64,000 nt of DNA, taken from an uncultured Fibrobacterota bacterium. GTDB lineage: Bacteria; Fibrobacterota; Chitinivibrionia; Chitinivibrionales; FEN-1185. Positions 19,755 to 30,652 of the stretch are shown piece by piece; position 1 is the first letter of the stretch, and every line of letters begins with the position of its first letter. The notes beneath the pieces are model-generated. The model ran no database searches. It was given only the letters and a program-made list of their open reading frames with translations, and was not told the origin of the DNA. The position numbers were made by a program, and so were the translations under genes. Location of the stretch: the NCBI GenBank assembly GCA_963729895.1, contig CAVSQB010000019.1:96001-160000 (forward strand), given 5' to 3'.

Positions 19755-21113
19755 TTACTTTCCGTCATTTAAAATTTTCAGGTACTGAGCACGCTCAATC
19801 TCCTGGATTTTTTCCGGATCCATCATTTCCATTACCGCCGTTCTCGCGTTTTCGCCCAATTTCCTGGCATAGGACCCATCGGAGAGGATCCTGCAAAAGC
19901 TATTTGCCATTGCATGCCAATCCTTAAACGGAACAAGCTCGCCGGTAATTTGGTGCCGAACAAGTTCGGCTTGCCATTCCCAGTCGTAGGCGATAAGAGG
20001 AATTCCCGCGTATGCCGCCTCCACCAGCGACCTGCCGGAATGTGGAGCAAGGTACGCGGAAGCATGCGGGAGCAACGAGGCGACGAAATCCTGCTTCTGT
20101 TTTCCCAAAAAAACAACATTGTTCTCAATGCCCAGGTTTGCGATTTCGTCTTTCATGCTTTCGGCAATGTCTCCGTCCCCGACCATCGCGATAACAATCG
20201 ACGGATACGTTTTTTTTACCTCCGCGGCAACATACAACAAATGGTCGGCCTGCTTTATTTTTATCAATCTGCCGACGTATACTCCAAAGGGATTGTGCAT
20301 GAAATCGTAGCGGTGAGGTACCGGCGGCCGGCGGCGAGGGTCCGCTAAATGCACCGGGTCGATGATATTGCCGAACCGTATCAGGGCCGCTTTTTCCCGG
20401 GGGCAACCGTTTGCAATTGCATAGTCGAGATAATTTTGCGTCGCCGCGCAAACCAAATCGCAGCGGCTAAAGACAAATCGTGCGATTATTTTTTCAACAA
20501 AGTACCACCGGTAAATCTTCTTGAAGTTCATCATGCCGTTTTTGTACAGCAAATCGAAGTTGGACCCTATCCTGAGTGCGAAGGGAAGCCCGGTGAGACG
20601 TGAGAGAAGATAGGAATAGAGACCCGTAACAAAGGGTTCACTGCCCCGGATAACCGAGACATGATTCGCTTTTATAAATCTCCTGGCGCGTAAGAGCGTA
20701 GTCCATTGCGACAACAAAAAATTGGAGCGGGGGAAGAGAGACAAAAACCCGAAAAAGGATTGCCGGACTTCAATAAAAACGTTTTCTTCGTCCAGCGTGC
20801 TTTCCCTGAAGAGTCCATCCGTCACGGACACTTTGTCAAAGGGGTTTGCTCCGAGAAACGGGTAGAAGGTGTACACCTTGTTGAAGAATCCGCTCAATCC
20901 TTGCAGGATAATCAGTTGTTCATGGCCATAGGTTTTTATGGATTTGAAGGAATGAGCGACAAAAACCACGAACAATTTGTACCCTTTGCCGCCGGACGGA
21001 CTTCTTTTCCGCGTGGCGATAAGAAAGAGACATGCGGGGACGATTCCCGCTGCGATAACGCCTGCGAGAAACAAATCGGCGGCAAGAATGAAAAACCTTT
21101 TTAGCGTTTTCAT
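19755..21113 (-). CDS. GT4 glycosyltransferase
   Basis: YVGRL..IK, VGDG, SLVEA...G.P motifs. Confidence 0.8.
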   Translation of the reverse strand: MKTLKRFFILAADLFLAGVIAAGIVPACLFLIATRKRSPSGGKGYKLFVVFVAHSFKSIKTYGHEQLIILQGLSGFFNKVYTFYPFLGANPFDKVSVTDGLFRESTLDEENVFIEVRQSFFGFLSLFPRSNFLLSQWTTLLRARRFIKANHVSVIRGSEPFVTGLYSYLLSRLTGLPFALRIGSNFDLLYKNGMMNFKKIYRWYFVEKIIARFVFSRCDLVCAATQNYLDYAIANGCPREKAALIRFGNIIDPVHLADPRRRPPVPHRYDFMHNPFGVYVGRLIKIKQADHLLYVAAEVKKTYPSIVIAMVGDGDIAESMKDEIANLGIENNVVFLGKQKQDFVASLLPHASAYLAPHSGRSLVEAAYAGIPLIAYDWEWQAELVRHQITGELVPFKDWHAMANSFCRILSDGSYARKLGENARTAVMEMMDPEKIQEIERAQYLKILNDGK

Positions 21114-21147
21114 AGGAACGATATTGAGCAGTTGCGTTGGTAAACGA

Positions 21148-23106
21148 TCAAGAAACCGGCGCGGTGCGTTTTTCCAACCACGCCTGAAACGTCAAGATAT
21201 TCCACAAATAATAATGCCAATCCCTCTCCCCCGAAACATGCTCCATCCATTTCTTGCGAACGCCGGCAGGTTCGAATATTCCTTCGCTTTTCAGACGGTC
21301 GTTGTCCAATAATGCCTCCGCCCAGGGGCGAAGCTCTTTCTTGAGCCAGGAGCCGATCGGTATGGCAAAACCCATCTTCGGTCTTTCCACCAGCCTTTTG
21401 GGGACATACTTGTTCAACACCCGGCGTAAAATCCATTTGGACTGCCTGTTTCTCATCTTGCAGGTCAGGGGCAAACGCCAGGCAAATTCCACGACCCGGT
21501 GGTCGAGAAGCGGTATGCGGGTTTCGAGGCTTACGGCCATGCTCGCACGATCGACTTTTACCAGGATATCTTCGGAAAGATAGCTCAGGATATCCACGTA
21601 CATCATCGAGTGCTCAAAATCCCTGAAATCGGGCCATGCCTCCGGCGACGACAGCATCGTGTCCCTTGTTTTTGAGCCGAGCACGACGGCCGTCGGATTC
21701 ATTTCATTTGACAAATAACGATGGAACAACTCCTTTTCCGATGTTGTGGACAGTATTCCTGAGATATACGAAAACACTTCTTCATAATTGCTGGCGCGCC
21801 CCTGTTTTCTCAACACGGCCAGAGCTGCGTTTACAAAGGGGCGTGAAAGCGGCGCGGTGCGATCCAGCGCCGAGGCCAGGCCCTGCCGCACGAAACGGGG
21901 CGCCAGGGAGAGGGCATTCCATACCTGAGGGACTCTCCTGTATCTTGCATAGCCGCCAAAAACCTCATCTCCCCCGTCCCCGGTCAGGGCTACCGTCACC
22001 CGGCTTCGGGAGAGCTTTGAAACCAGAAACGTGGGTATCTGTGACGAATCCGGCATCGGCTCGTCGAACATGGCCGGCAATAAGGGGACCACATCCAGAA
22101 CGTCCTTTGCGGAAACATAAAATTCGGTATGGTCGGTACCGAGATGTCGCGCCACTTGCTTTGCATAGTTTGCTTCATCGTATTTCTTGTCGAAGTTTCC
22201 AATGGAAAATGTCTTGACCGGCATCGGGTTTTTCTTCTGCATCAACGCAACAACGGTCGACGAATCGATTCCGCCGGACAAGAACGCGCCGAGAGGTACA
22301 TCCGAAATCATGCGCGATTGCACCGCATCACCCAGCAAAGCATCAAGCGCTTCCGCCGCCTCATCATCGTTTCCTTCAAACGGATTCGTCCGGCCGTTTT
22401 TCACCACTTCTGAAAGAGACCAGTACGCCGTTTGCTCTGTTGCGAAATCTCCATCGCCTGCTTTCACACGGACAATCGACCCGGGCGGCACTTTCAATAG
22501 ATCCTTGTAAATCGAGAAGGGGGCCGGGATAAACGTGTATCGAAGAAGCAGCGCCAGTACATCGCGGTCGATTTCCCTCGTGAAGAACGGCAGGGCGCAC
22601 ATCGCCTTGAGTTCGGACGCAAAGCAAAACGCTTTGCCGATACGGCCGTAATAGAGCGGTTTCTTTCCGAGCCTGTCGCGGCAAAGGTAAAGAAGGCGCT
22701 CCTTCCTGTCCCACAATGCAAAAGCGAACATGCCGGCAAACTTCTTTACCGCGGCCTCTATGCCCCACAATTCTATTGCCGCAAGAATCACTTCGGTGTC
22801 GCAGCCGCCTTTGAAAGCATGCCCCGCCTTTTCGCATTCCGAGCGCAGCGATTTGAAATTGTAAACCTCGCCGTTGTAGGTAATTGCATAGCGGCCGCTT
22901 AGGGAAAACATGGGCTGATGTCCGAGCGGCGAGAGATCGAGTATCGACAGCCTCCGATGCGCCAGGCCGACGCCTACCACCGCATCAAACCACGAACCGC
23001 CGTCGTCCGGCCCCCGGTGCGCGAGCGCGGCGGCCATGGCTTCGAGATATTTCTTCCAGTCTTCGCCCTTCAGATCTGGATATAAGAGCCCGGCAATACC
23101 ACACAT
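21148..23106 (-). CDS. asnB: Asparagine synthase (glutamine-hydrolysing)-like amidotransferase
   Basis: MCGIAG, HRGPD, NGEVYN, FLSGGIDSS, GDGGDE motifs. Confidence 0.93.
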   Translation of the reverse strand: MCGIAGLLYPDLKGEDWKKYLEAMAAALAHRGPDDGGSWFDAVVGVGLAHRRLSILDLSPLGHQPMFSLSGRYAITYNGEVYNFKSLRSECEKAGHAFKGGCDTEVILAAIELWGIEAAVKKFAGMFAFALWDRKERLLYLCRDRLGKKPLYYGRIGKAFCFASELKAMCALPFFTREIDRDVLALLLRYTFIPAPFSIYKDLLKVPPGSIVRVKAGDGDFATEQTAYWSLSEVVKNGRTNPFEGNDDEAAEALDALLGDAVQSRMISDVPLGAFLSGGIDSSTVVALMQKKNPMPVKTFSIGNFDKKYDEANYAKQVARHLGTDHTEFYVSAKDVLDVVPLLPAMFDEPMPDSSQIPTFLVSKLSRSRVTVALTGDGGDEVFGGYARYRRVPQVWNALSLAPRFVRQGLASALDRTAPLSRPFVNAALAVLRKQGRASNYEEVFSYISGILSTTSEKELFHRYLSNEMNPTAVVLGSKTRDTMLSSPEAWPDFRDFEHSMMYVDILSYLSEDILVKVDRASMAVSLETRIPLLDHRVVEFAWRLPLTCKMRNRQSKWILRRVLNKYVPKRLVERPKMGFAIPIGSWLKKELRPWAEALLDNDRLKSEGIFEPAGVRKKWMEHVSGERDWHYYLWNILTFQAWLEKRTAPVS

Positions 23107-23143
23107 GGCTAAACCAAATCCTCGTTATGACTGCGATGGTATA

Positions 23144-24154
23144 TCAGTAGAACTTGCTGAAATGGAACAAGTAGGGTTTGATGTTTATTCCCGCCAAAGA
23201 AAACATTTTCGCAAGATACTTTTCATTGGACTCCCAATGAGAGCCGGAGATGCCTCTGCACGTCTTGTAGCACACGAAAAACCCCCAGATAATCGTGGTC
23301 CGGCATTTTTCCGGAATGCTCAGCAAAGCACTTTTCCATATATCGAACACCACGATCTTGCGCGCAAGCAATTGATAGCGGGTCCGGTCGATAATGTGCC
23401 TCTGTTCATGGTGTGCGGACGCTCTTTTGACCAAATCGGGATGTGTTGCCGCCAGCTTGCGGTGAACAATCGCTATTCTCGCATACCATTCATCAATATT
23501 GCCGGCATCAAACGATGATATACTGTCAACGATATTCCGGCGATAATATACCAGCGGTTCCGCTATGAAAAGCGCGGACCGGTCCCTGGAAGCAAGAAGC
23601 CTGCACCAGTAATCGTAATCTTCACTCGCCTTAAGGCGCATGTCTTCATCCAGATATCCTATAACATCAATGACGGAATGCCGCATGACGACCGATGAGT
23701 TGACTATATAGCTTTGTGAAAGGAGACTTTCAAGATGTATTGTTTCATTCCTGGCCGTTTTCTTCATAACGGCGCGATCCGGCAAATAGGTAACGTTCGT
23801 GCATGTCATGAGCAAATCCTGGCGGCCTTCAAGCACGGCAAGCTGCTTTTCCAGTTTGTCCTTCACCCATGAGTCGTCGTCATCGCAGAACGCGATGTAG
23901 TCCCCTTTCGCAAGCAGCATCCCGCAATTCCTCGGAACAGCGGGCCGTCCGGCGTGGGGAATCGCCGAGTAGTGCAAACGAGGATCCTTGATCCTGGCAA
24001 GAGCTTCGGCCGTGCGGTCCGTCGACCCATCATCCACGACAATCAGTTCGAGATTGCTATGGGATTGCGAAAGAATCGAGTCCAGGGTCGCGCCGATCAG
24101 GGTCGCCCTGTTGTAGGTCGGCACGATTACGGATACCAATGGTCCTTGACTCAT
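23144..24154 (-). CDS. GT2 glycosyltransferase
   Basis: VSVIVPTYNR, VVDDGSTD, AFCDDDD motifs. Confidence 0.9.
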   Translation of the reverse strand: MSQGPLVSVIVPTYNRATLIGATLDSILSQSHSNLELIVVDDGSTDRTAEALARIKDPRLHYSAIPHAGRPAVPRNCGMLLAKGDYIAFCDDDDSWVKDKLEKQLAVLEGRQDLLMTCTNVTYLPDRAVMKKTARNETIHLESLLSQSYIVNSSVVMRHSVIDVIGYLDEDMRLKASEDYDYWCRLLASRDRSALFIAEPLVYYRRNIVDSISSFDAGNIDEWYARIAIVHRKLAATHPDLVKRASAHHEQRHIIDRTRYQLLARKIVVFDIWKSALLSIPEKCRTTIIWGFFVCYKTCRGISGSHWESNEKYLAKMFSLAGINIKPYLFHFSKFY

Positions 24155-24177
24155 TATGTTTTATGCAGCCGATCCAC

Positions 24178-25137
24178 TTAGATACGCTTCTTGAAGGCAA
24201 GTTTTAGTTCCTGATGCGCAGATTGGTTGACAACGCCGGCAAATGCGTCGCGGTCGATCTGAAGGCCCTGGTTCCATTTTTCCAGCAGCATATCCTGGTG
24301 AATGGTTCCGTGAACATTGCCCACCGTGTCGCTCTGGACCATGTTGCACGGGATGTTGACCAGTCTTGATTTGGTATAGCATACGCCATAGCGGTAGTTG
24401 AATACCTTGGTAAACGGAAGCAGATGCGCCTCAAAGGTGTTGGGCGAGGAGAACTGAATATTCTTTGACAACATTGTTATTTCTTTGGTTGAAAAGAGAT
24501 TCCCGTCCACAGAAAACGGAATGGCCCAGTCATGCCTACCTTGTTTCATTTTCCAGCAGAATTTGTCCGGCTCATCGATAATGCCTTCGGCCCGCGGCGG
24601 GACCGGCTGGTCTTTTTGATAGGTGTAACACCTTTTCAAATTGAGCCCAAGCCTCAAGCTGGGAAAAAAACAGTTGGTATCGTACTTGGCATAGTCCCGC
24701 ATGTCGACATTTTCAATAAACACGTCATCATCCGTAAGGAAAATCATCCTGGATGACTTGACGGATTCAAGGATTTCCAGAACGTTTTCCCTGAACGACG
24801 TCTGCTCGGTTACCGACGCCAATTTACCCGAAAACATTTCCACCAATTCTTCATACGACTTCTTGTGCTTCGCGCTCGTGGTGGTGTAGAGGAGATGAAT
24901 AGGGGCCGGATTTGCAACTTTCTCAAAGTAGCTGGAGACAAGCGCGTGGAGCTGCAGGCTTCTGTCCCTGGAAAATATGATGCACTCGGCCAGGCCTTGC
25001 CTGGGCTTGAGGTCGGGGGCCGACAGGATTTTCAAGGAAAGGGCGATGTTGTCCTGGTCGGACTTTTTGACAAGGGAGAGGCCAAAGGAATTGAGGACGG
25101 CATCAACCAGGGAGTATAGCCTTCTAAGCATTTTCAT
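24178..25137 (-). CDS. Hypothetical protein, possibly glycosyltransferase-like
   Basis: 319-aa ORF in the operon; IIFSRDR..QL and FLTDDD (DxD-like). Confidence 0.6.
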   Translation of the reverse strand: MKMLRRLYSLVDAVLNSFGLSLVKKSDQDNIALSLKILSAPDLKPRQGLAECIIFSRDRSLQLHALVSSYFEKVANPAPIHLLYTTTSAKHKKSYEELVEMFSGKLASVTEQTSFRENVLEILESVKSSRMIFLTDDDVFIENVDMRDYAKYDTNCFFPSLRLGLNLKRCYTYQKDQPVPPRAEGIIDEPDKFCWKMKQGRHDWAIPFSVDGNLFSTKEITMLSKNIQFSSPNTFEAHLLPFTKVFNYRYGVCYTKSRLVNIPCNMVQSDTVGNVHGTIHQDMLLEKWNQGLQIDRDAFAGVVNQSAHQELKLAFKKRI

Positions 25138-25188
25138 TAGGGCGATGGCGTGGGGAAAAAGGGGTTCGTTGGATGTGACGACGACGGT

Positions 25189-26037
25189 TCATTTCTTGAG
25201 GATGCCGAAAAAGAGTAATATCTTTGTCATAGCCTTATCAAAAAAGCCATAGTCAACGCCGGGCTTCTGCAATATTTTCGGGATAATCTGCAATCGATTC
25301 TCGTCAATCAGGTATTCGTGCCACGGCAGCTTCTTGAATCCGGACAACAGTATACGGCCATTTTGGTCGGAAAACAGATAGGTGACCGCGGAATCATCGG
25401 CCCTCAATTTCCGAGGTGAATTGTCGTCGATGCCGAAGGAGGGATAATATTTGCTGTCTACAAATATTCCATTTGTCATTGTCGTGGCGACCAGTTCATA
25501 GCTTTTGGATTTTGCAAGAACGTACAAAGACAGGAGGCTGCAGCCAGCGTTCTTCGCGAAATCACATGGCTGCACAAATTCACCATCAGTGTGAATGGTC
25601 GGGTTGAATTCGACCATAACGATTTTGGGTCGGTAGACTTTCACTGAATCGAAAATATGGTAATCGTTCCCATCAATATCAATTGACAACAAGTCAAAAT
25701 CTTTGGGAATCGCGGTCTCCCGGAGTATTGAATCGAGCTTGTCGTTCTCGGTTACGCCCACCTTCCTGCAAATCGGTATCACCTTGGGGTTGTTTTTGTA
25801 GTTGTTCACCAAGTCCTTATACTTATTACTGTCCGCTTCTATCATTACCGCGGAATAGTCTTGGGTTTCTATCAAGTTGCATACATTACTCAGGTATTTG
25901 CCGTCCCATGCCCCGAATTCCACGCACCATTTATCATTGGCGCCGATAACCTCCAGAATGCGCGCAATGATTCCATCTTCACCGTACTGGGAGTATTTGT
26001 TGAAGACAAAGGGTTCAAACCATAATTTCGGTTTCAT
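25189..26037 (-). CDS. FkbM-like SAM-dependent methyltransferase
   Basis: YSQYGEDG, VEFGAWDG, LLSIDIDGNDY motifs. Confidence 0.75.
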   Translation of the reverse strand: MKPKLWFEPFVFNKYSQYGEDGIIARILEVIGANDKWCVEFGAWDGKYLSNVCNLIETQDYSAVMIEADSNKYKDLVNNYKNNPKVIPICRKVGVTENDKLDSILRETAIPKDFDLLSIDIDGNDYHIFDSVKVYRPKIVMVEFNPTIHTDGEFVQPCDFAKNAGCSLLSLYVLAKSKSYELVATTMTNGIFVDSKYYPSFGIDDNSPRKLRADDSAVTYLFSDQNGRILLSGFKKLPWHEYLIDENRLQIIPKILQKPGVDYGFFDKAMTKILLFFGILKK

Positions 26038-26087
26038 AGGGCAGGCCTCACTTCCCCACTGCGCGGCGCCGGGGAGTTCGATTTCCA

Positions 26088-26921
26088 TTAGAATACCACA
26101 TAGTTTGTAGTTCTGAACTGTTCCAGACTTTCCGTGTAACGCGGTACCGGATGCAAATAGCCCGACGGCGTGATCCTGAAGATGCTCATCTTGAGCGTGT
26201 TGAAGAAATACCAGAAGTCCTGGAAGAATGTCCGCGTATCTATATTGCAGCCGCCGAATTCGAACGTGACGATATCGATTGCCTTGTTGTCGAACATTCT
26301 TTTTGCTCCGACAAGTGCGTCCAACTCATGCCCTTCTATGTCGAGCTTCAGCAAGTGAATATGGTCTACTTTATTCGCCGAACAATAGTCGTCGATCGTG
26401 GTGATTTCCACTTCTTCCGATTCACTGAAATCAATGCCGATGTGGTCCAACCTGCGTTTTGTAAGTGAAGCGAGTTTTGAATCGGCGTCGCAAGAGTAGA
26501 GCTTCGCCTTTCCCTTTTCTTTGCCTATGCCGACATTGTTCAAGGCGATCTGCATGTTGTCTTTATAGGATTCCGAAAGTGTTTCGAACGTCCGGCGACC
26601 AGGCTCAAAGCAATGGATTGACAATTCATTTTTCCCCATGCCATCAAGAACAACCTGCAGGAATTGTCCTTTGTTTGAACCGACATCGAAAATGCAGTAC
26701 GGAGGTTTGACTTTTTGTTTAAGAAGGCGAAGCGTTGCCTTTTCGCCGCTGCATGCAACCCCGCCGCCCGAACCGATGCCCATAAAGAACTGGGAAACCT
26801 GAGCATTCGTTTCCAGCAGGTTTTGCATGAAGCGGTTTCCGGACACCGTGATCAGTATTCTTGATAATAGCGACACGTGGATCAGGTCCTTTTGCGGGCG
26901 AAAAAGTTGTCCAACGTCCAT
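26088..26921 (-). CDS. FkbM-family methyltransferase (start uncertain)
   Basis: FDVGSNKG, FEP, LKLDIEGHE motifs. Confidence 0.87.
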   Translation of the reverse strand: MDVGQLFRPQKDLIHVSLLSRILITVSGNRFMQNLLETNAQVSQFFMGIGSGGGVACSGEKATLRLLKQKVKPPYCIFDVGSNKGQFLQVVLDGMGKNELSIHCFEPGRRTFETLSESYKDNMQIALNNVGIGKEKGKAKLYSCDADSKLASLTKRRLDHIGIDFSESEEVEITTIDDYCSANKVDHIHLLKLDIEGHELDALVGAKRMFDNKAIDIVTFEFGGCNIDTRTFFQDFWYFFNTLKMSIFRITPSGYLHPVPRYTESLEQFRTTNYVVF

Positions 26922-27769
26922 CTCCTAAGGCGCAGAAGCACTCTTGCCGCTTTGCACCAAGGGAGTTGCTCATTGTAGATATAGCATGAAATGGCCGTCC
27001 TGACGAAATGAAGAGTTACATTGAGTTTTTGTTTCCAGCAAAAGTCCTTGGTGCCATATACAAGTCTAAGGCTGTTTATTGTCCACGGCAAATATGAAAA
27101 GCGCGACATCAGCCTGGGCGAAAATGGAATAGTCTTATGTCCTGTGTCCAAGACACTGGAGAAGAAATATGTTGCGTTTGTTACAAGAGCTCCCGGCCCG
27201 AGAATTTGCCTCAGGCCAAAATAGCAGTCGAAATAATCGAACCCTCCGCGAAAGGACTCAAACCAATCGATGGAAGATCGCCTGTGCAATCCATAAAAGA
27301 TGTGCGGCATCAGCAAATCGATAAACAGGAGGGCATTTCCATATTTTGTATTTTCCGCGGACAGGGCCGGCGAAGCAACCGGCCTTCTGTTTCCTTTGGC
27401 CCCTATTTCTACTTGGGTCATGACGGTGCCGTTTGTTCCGATATTTTCCAGGCAATGGTTGACAAATTCAGGGTGCCACTCATCATCATCTGCGGCCCAC
27501 ATGAAGAACTCTCCGACAGCCTTCTCAAAAACAAACTTGAAGTTGAGCCAGCCGCCGATATTCTGTTCCTGACAGAAGTATTGTATTCTTAAATCTTTTC
27601 CCAGATACTCGGACATGACCTCCGCATAGCCGGGAACAGTGCTCGCGTTGTTTGAAACTATGATCTGCAAATTGGGATAGGTTTGATTGACAAAGCATTC
27701 TAGTACTTGTTTCAATCCATTGGGTCGATTGTACGTCGGGATGCCGATCGAAACAAGGGGTTTGCCCAT
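26882..27769 (-). CDS. GT2 glycosyltransferase
   Basis: VSIGIPTYNR and FMWAADDD motifs. Confidence 0.88.
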   Translation of the reverse strand: MGKPLVSIGIPTYNRPNGLKQVLECFVNQTYPNLQIIVSNNASTVPGYAEVMSEYLGKDLRIQYFCQEQNIGGWLNFKFVFEKAVGEFFMWAADDDEWHPEFVNHCLENIGTNGTVMTQVEIGAKGNRRPVASPALSAENTKYGNALLFIDLLMPHIFYGLHRRSSIDWFESFRGGFDYFDCYFGLRQILGPGALVTNATYFFSSVLDTGHKTIPFSPRLMSRFSYLPWTINSLRLVYGTKDFCWKQKLNVTLHFVRTAISCYIYNEQLPWCKAARVLLRLRRWTLDNFFARKRT

Positions 27770-27785
27770 CGTAGAAATCTCCTTG

Positions 27786-29297
27786 TTAAGACGGCCGTAT
27801 AATGGCTAACAGGGATTTTGCCTGGTGTCGCATAGGACTTGGCATGATAGCAAACATTACCGCGATACTTGCTGTCATGGAAATAGCCAATACCCCGAAA
27901 TCAGTTAATCGACTCTCATGTATGAATTGATTGCAATACTTGATCACCAAGACTGGCATGGCACTTGGAATTGCAAATCGCAATATATCGTTCAAATACC
28001 ATCTCCACTTTTCTCTCTTCAAATATCTTCTATACATGAAATGTACACCAATCAACACATAACCACTGTTGAGGATTACCCAGACAGAAGCTGCTCCCTT
28101 CGTACCGAAAAAATGGACAAGAACAAAAATCAGCGGCACCAACAATGCCACGGAAACCGAATTGATAATGATTGACAGCCTTGTGTAGCCATGGGCCAGT
28201 AGGACATTGTATGGCATGTGCATCATCAAATTGAGCATGTTGCCTGTTGCTAAAAGCGACAAGAGAGGGCCTGTTGCATTCGAAATAGCATGGTTATTGG
28301 TCCAGACAAAGAGCGCTTCGTTGGGAAAAAATGCCAGAACTGCCCACACCGGAAAGACCACAAAGGAAACCAGTTGACAGCTTATATGGAACAGGGAGGC
28401 AAGGTTGGTTTCTTCGCCGAGTGATACAAGTTCCGTAAACCGGGGAAACAACGCGCCGTTGATAGGCACTATGAGAGCATAGAACACACTTGCTGCGCTG
28501 CCTGCCAATGCATAGTACCCGAACTGTTCAAGCGGCACCAGCTTGCCAAGCAGGATTTTGTCGGTCTGGGTGAGCAAGGTAGCAAGGATGTTTATTCCCA
28601 GCATGCCGGCGGAAAACCTCCAGGTCTTTTTAAGGACGCCCCAATCAAACCTTCCCTTGCCCGGAACGTCCTTCAACTCCACGTGCAGCACAACAGAGTA
28701 CGCGATTGTCTGAGCAAGAAAACATCCGATCTGCCACAGAAAAAATGCCTGAAGCGTGGGCGAAACGAGCCACAACAGCAGCACTACGCCGCCGCCCCTG
28801 ATGGTTGACATGATAATAGCGACGACATTGCTGTGGACCTGCTTCTGCAGGCCGTTTATTCCGCCCAGGTAAATCGTACCCGGCCACTGGGCAATTATAC
28901 TGAGTCCCATCAGAATCGTTGCATCGCTGATTACGGAAATCGGCGTGTGCTGGGCTTTGAGCCAGTGCCCGGCGAACAACGGAGAAACCGAGATGAACAA
29001 GACACCCGCAACCGCGGCAATGACCCAGTAGGCCCTGGAAAACGTGGCGAGCGAGTTTCGGATTGCATTGTCCGAAACGCGCGTCGGCGAAAGCCGCGCC
29101 ATTTCGCGGCTGAACGTGGTGGACAAGCCCATGTCGAGCAGGTAGATCACCGTTTGCAAAGAGGCGAAAAAGCCGATAATGCCGTAGCATTCGATGCCGA
29201 GAAAATGGATATAGAGCGGGACAAAGAGCAGGCCCATGGCCATTTGCCAGAAGGAGCCGGCGTAGTTGGCGAGGATGTTGAGACGGACTTTGGTCAT
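27786..29297 (-). CDS. wzx: Wzx O-antigen/polysaccharide flippase
   Basis: MATE-like multi-TM protein; LG...YG, LDMGL, TDKILL..L....FGYY. Confidence 0.85.
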   Translation of the reverse strand: MTKVRLNILANYAGSFWQMAMGLLFVPLYIHFLGIECYGIIGFFASLQTVIYLLDMGLSTTFSREMARLSPTRVSDNAIRNSLATFSRAYWVIAAVAGVLFISVSPLFAGHWLKAQHTPISVISDATILMGLSIIAQWPGTIYLGGINGLQKQVHSNVVAIIMSTIRGGGVVLLLWLVSPTLQAFFLWQIGCFLAQTIAYSVVLHVELKDVPGKGRFDWGVLKKTWRFSAGMLGINILATLLTQTDKILLGKLVPLEQFGYYALAGSAASVFYALIVPINGALFPRFTELVSLGEETNLASLFHISCQLVSFVVFPVWAVLAFFPNEALFVWTNNHAISNATGPLLSLLATGNMLNLMMHMPYNVLLAHGYTRLSIIINSVSVALLVPLIFVLVHFFGTKGAASVWVILNSGYVLIGVHFMYRRYLKREKWRWYLNDILRFAIPSAMPVLVIKYCNQFIHESRLTDFGVLAISMTASIAVMFAIMPSPMRHQAKSLLAIIRPS

Positions 29298-29376
29298 AGC
29301 GCCGCAATAATCGGGATTGTGGTTTGTGACAGGGGGAAAAAGAGATCAAACAGACGGTTGTTCTTGAGGGGGTTTT

Positions 29377-30504
29377 CTATTTCGTGAAGAATTCGCAAAC
29401 CCCATCAATCACCCTTTCAACGTACTGCTGCTTCATGTTTGAATGCAGCGGCAGGGTGAGCACCTCATTTACTACCCGCTCGGTCACACTCATGTCGCCA
29501 TGCCTGCTGTTTTTGTAGAAGGTATGCTTATGTACCGGCACAAAATGGATTCCCGTGTCGATATCCTTTGACCTTAAGAAGTCAATAAGCCTTTCTCTCC
29601 TTGCGTCAAGAATCCTCAAACTATAAATGAACGATGAAACATTCGAGAAATCCGTCTGCGGCACCTTCACTCCCTCAAGGGCCTTGAAGGCCTCGTTGTA
29701 GGCCTTGCACACGCGCCTGCGGCTTTCTATAAATTCATCCACGCGCTTTATCTGCGAAATACCAACGCTTGCCAGGATATTGGTCATGTGGTAGCGAAAA
29801 CCCTGGCAAACAACATCGTAATCCCATGCGCGCTGGTTCTTATACCGCAAGGTGGTGTCTTTGTCCACCCCGAGCAAACGCAAATGCCGCAGGTTCTCCA
29901 TTTCCTTTTCGGAATTTACGACCACTGCGCCGCCGTCTATAGAGGTAATCACTTTAACGGGGTCAAAGCTAAAGCATGCAATATCGCCGAAACTTCCTAT
30001 TTTCCTGCCGTCAACCGTTGATCCAAAGGCATGACAGCAATCTTCCACGACCCTCAAGTTATGCTTCTCGGCCAACGTGTAGACATTGCCGATGTCACAG
30101 GGAATTCCCGCAAAATGGAGTGGAATTATGGCCTTGGTTTTTTCCGTAACCAGCTTTTCCGCTTTCTCGCAATCAATGCCCAGGTTGTCGTCGTTAATGT
30201 CGCACATTACCACTTCGCCGCCGGCGGCGGTAATTGCCTGGTGGTCCGCAACGTAATTGAACGACGCCGTGATGACCTCGTCACCGGGTTTTACCCCGGC
30301 GGCAAGCAGGCCGATGTGCAGGGCGGAGGTCCCGGTATTGGTGGCAACGACTTTCCTTGTTGTCGAACCGAGGTACGCCGCAATCCGGTCCTCAAACTCT
30401 TTTGTGAAGGCGCCCATGCCGAGCCAGCCCACGTCGAAAGCGTCGGTGAGATGCTTGAGGGTGTCTACGCTGATGTGGGGAACGAAGACGGGAATCTTTT
30501 CCAT
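29377..30504 (-). CDS. DegT/DnrJ/EryC1/StrS sugar aminotransferase
   Basis: NTGTSALH, EDCCHAFG, SFDPVKVIT..DGG motifs. Confidence 0.92.
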   Translation of the reverse strand: MEKIPVFVPHISVDTLKHLTDAFDVGWLGMGAFTKEFEDRIAAYLGSTTRKVVATNTGTSALHIGLLAAGVKPGDEVITASFNYVADHQAITAAGGEVVMCDINDDNLGIDCEKAEKLVTEKTKAIIPLHFAGIPCDIGNVYTLAEKHNLRVVEDCCHAFGSTVDGRKIGSFGDIACFSFDPVKVITSIDGGAVVVNSEKEMENLRHLRLLGVDKDTTLRYKNQRAWDYDVVCQGFRYHMTNILASVGISQIKRVDEFIESRRRVCKAYNEAFKALEGVKVPQTDFSNVSSFIYSLRILDARRERLIDFLRSKDIDTGIHFVPVHKHTFYKNSRHGDMSVTERVVNEVLTLPLHSNMKQQYVERVIDGVCEFFTK

Positions 30505-30652
30505 GGGAATTTGTCCTAATCTTTAAGGCACCGGAGAAAACCGCCCGGCCCTACCGGAATCCATCATTATTTGTTTAAGAAGTTTTAAGCCGCGGTCTTT
30601 GAATTATTTCCCTTTTCCCAAAGCTTATTCAATAAGGAATAGCTTCGTTTGG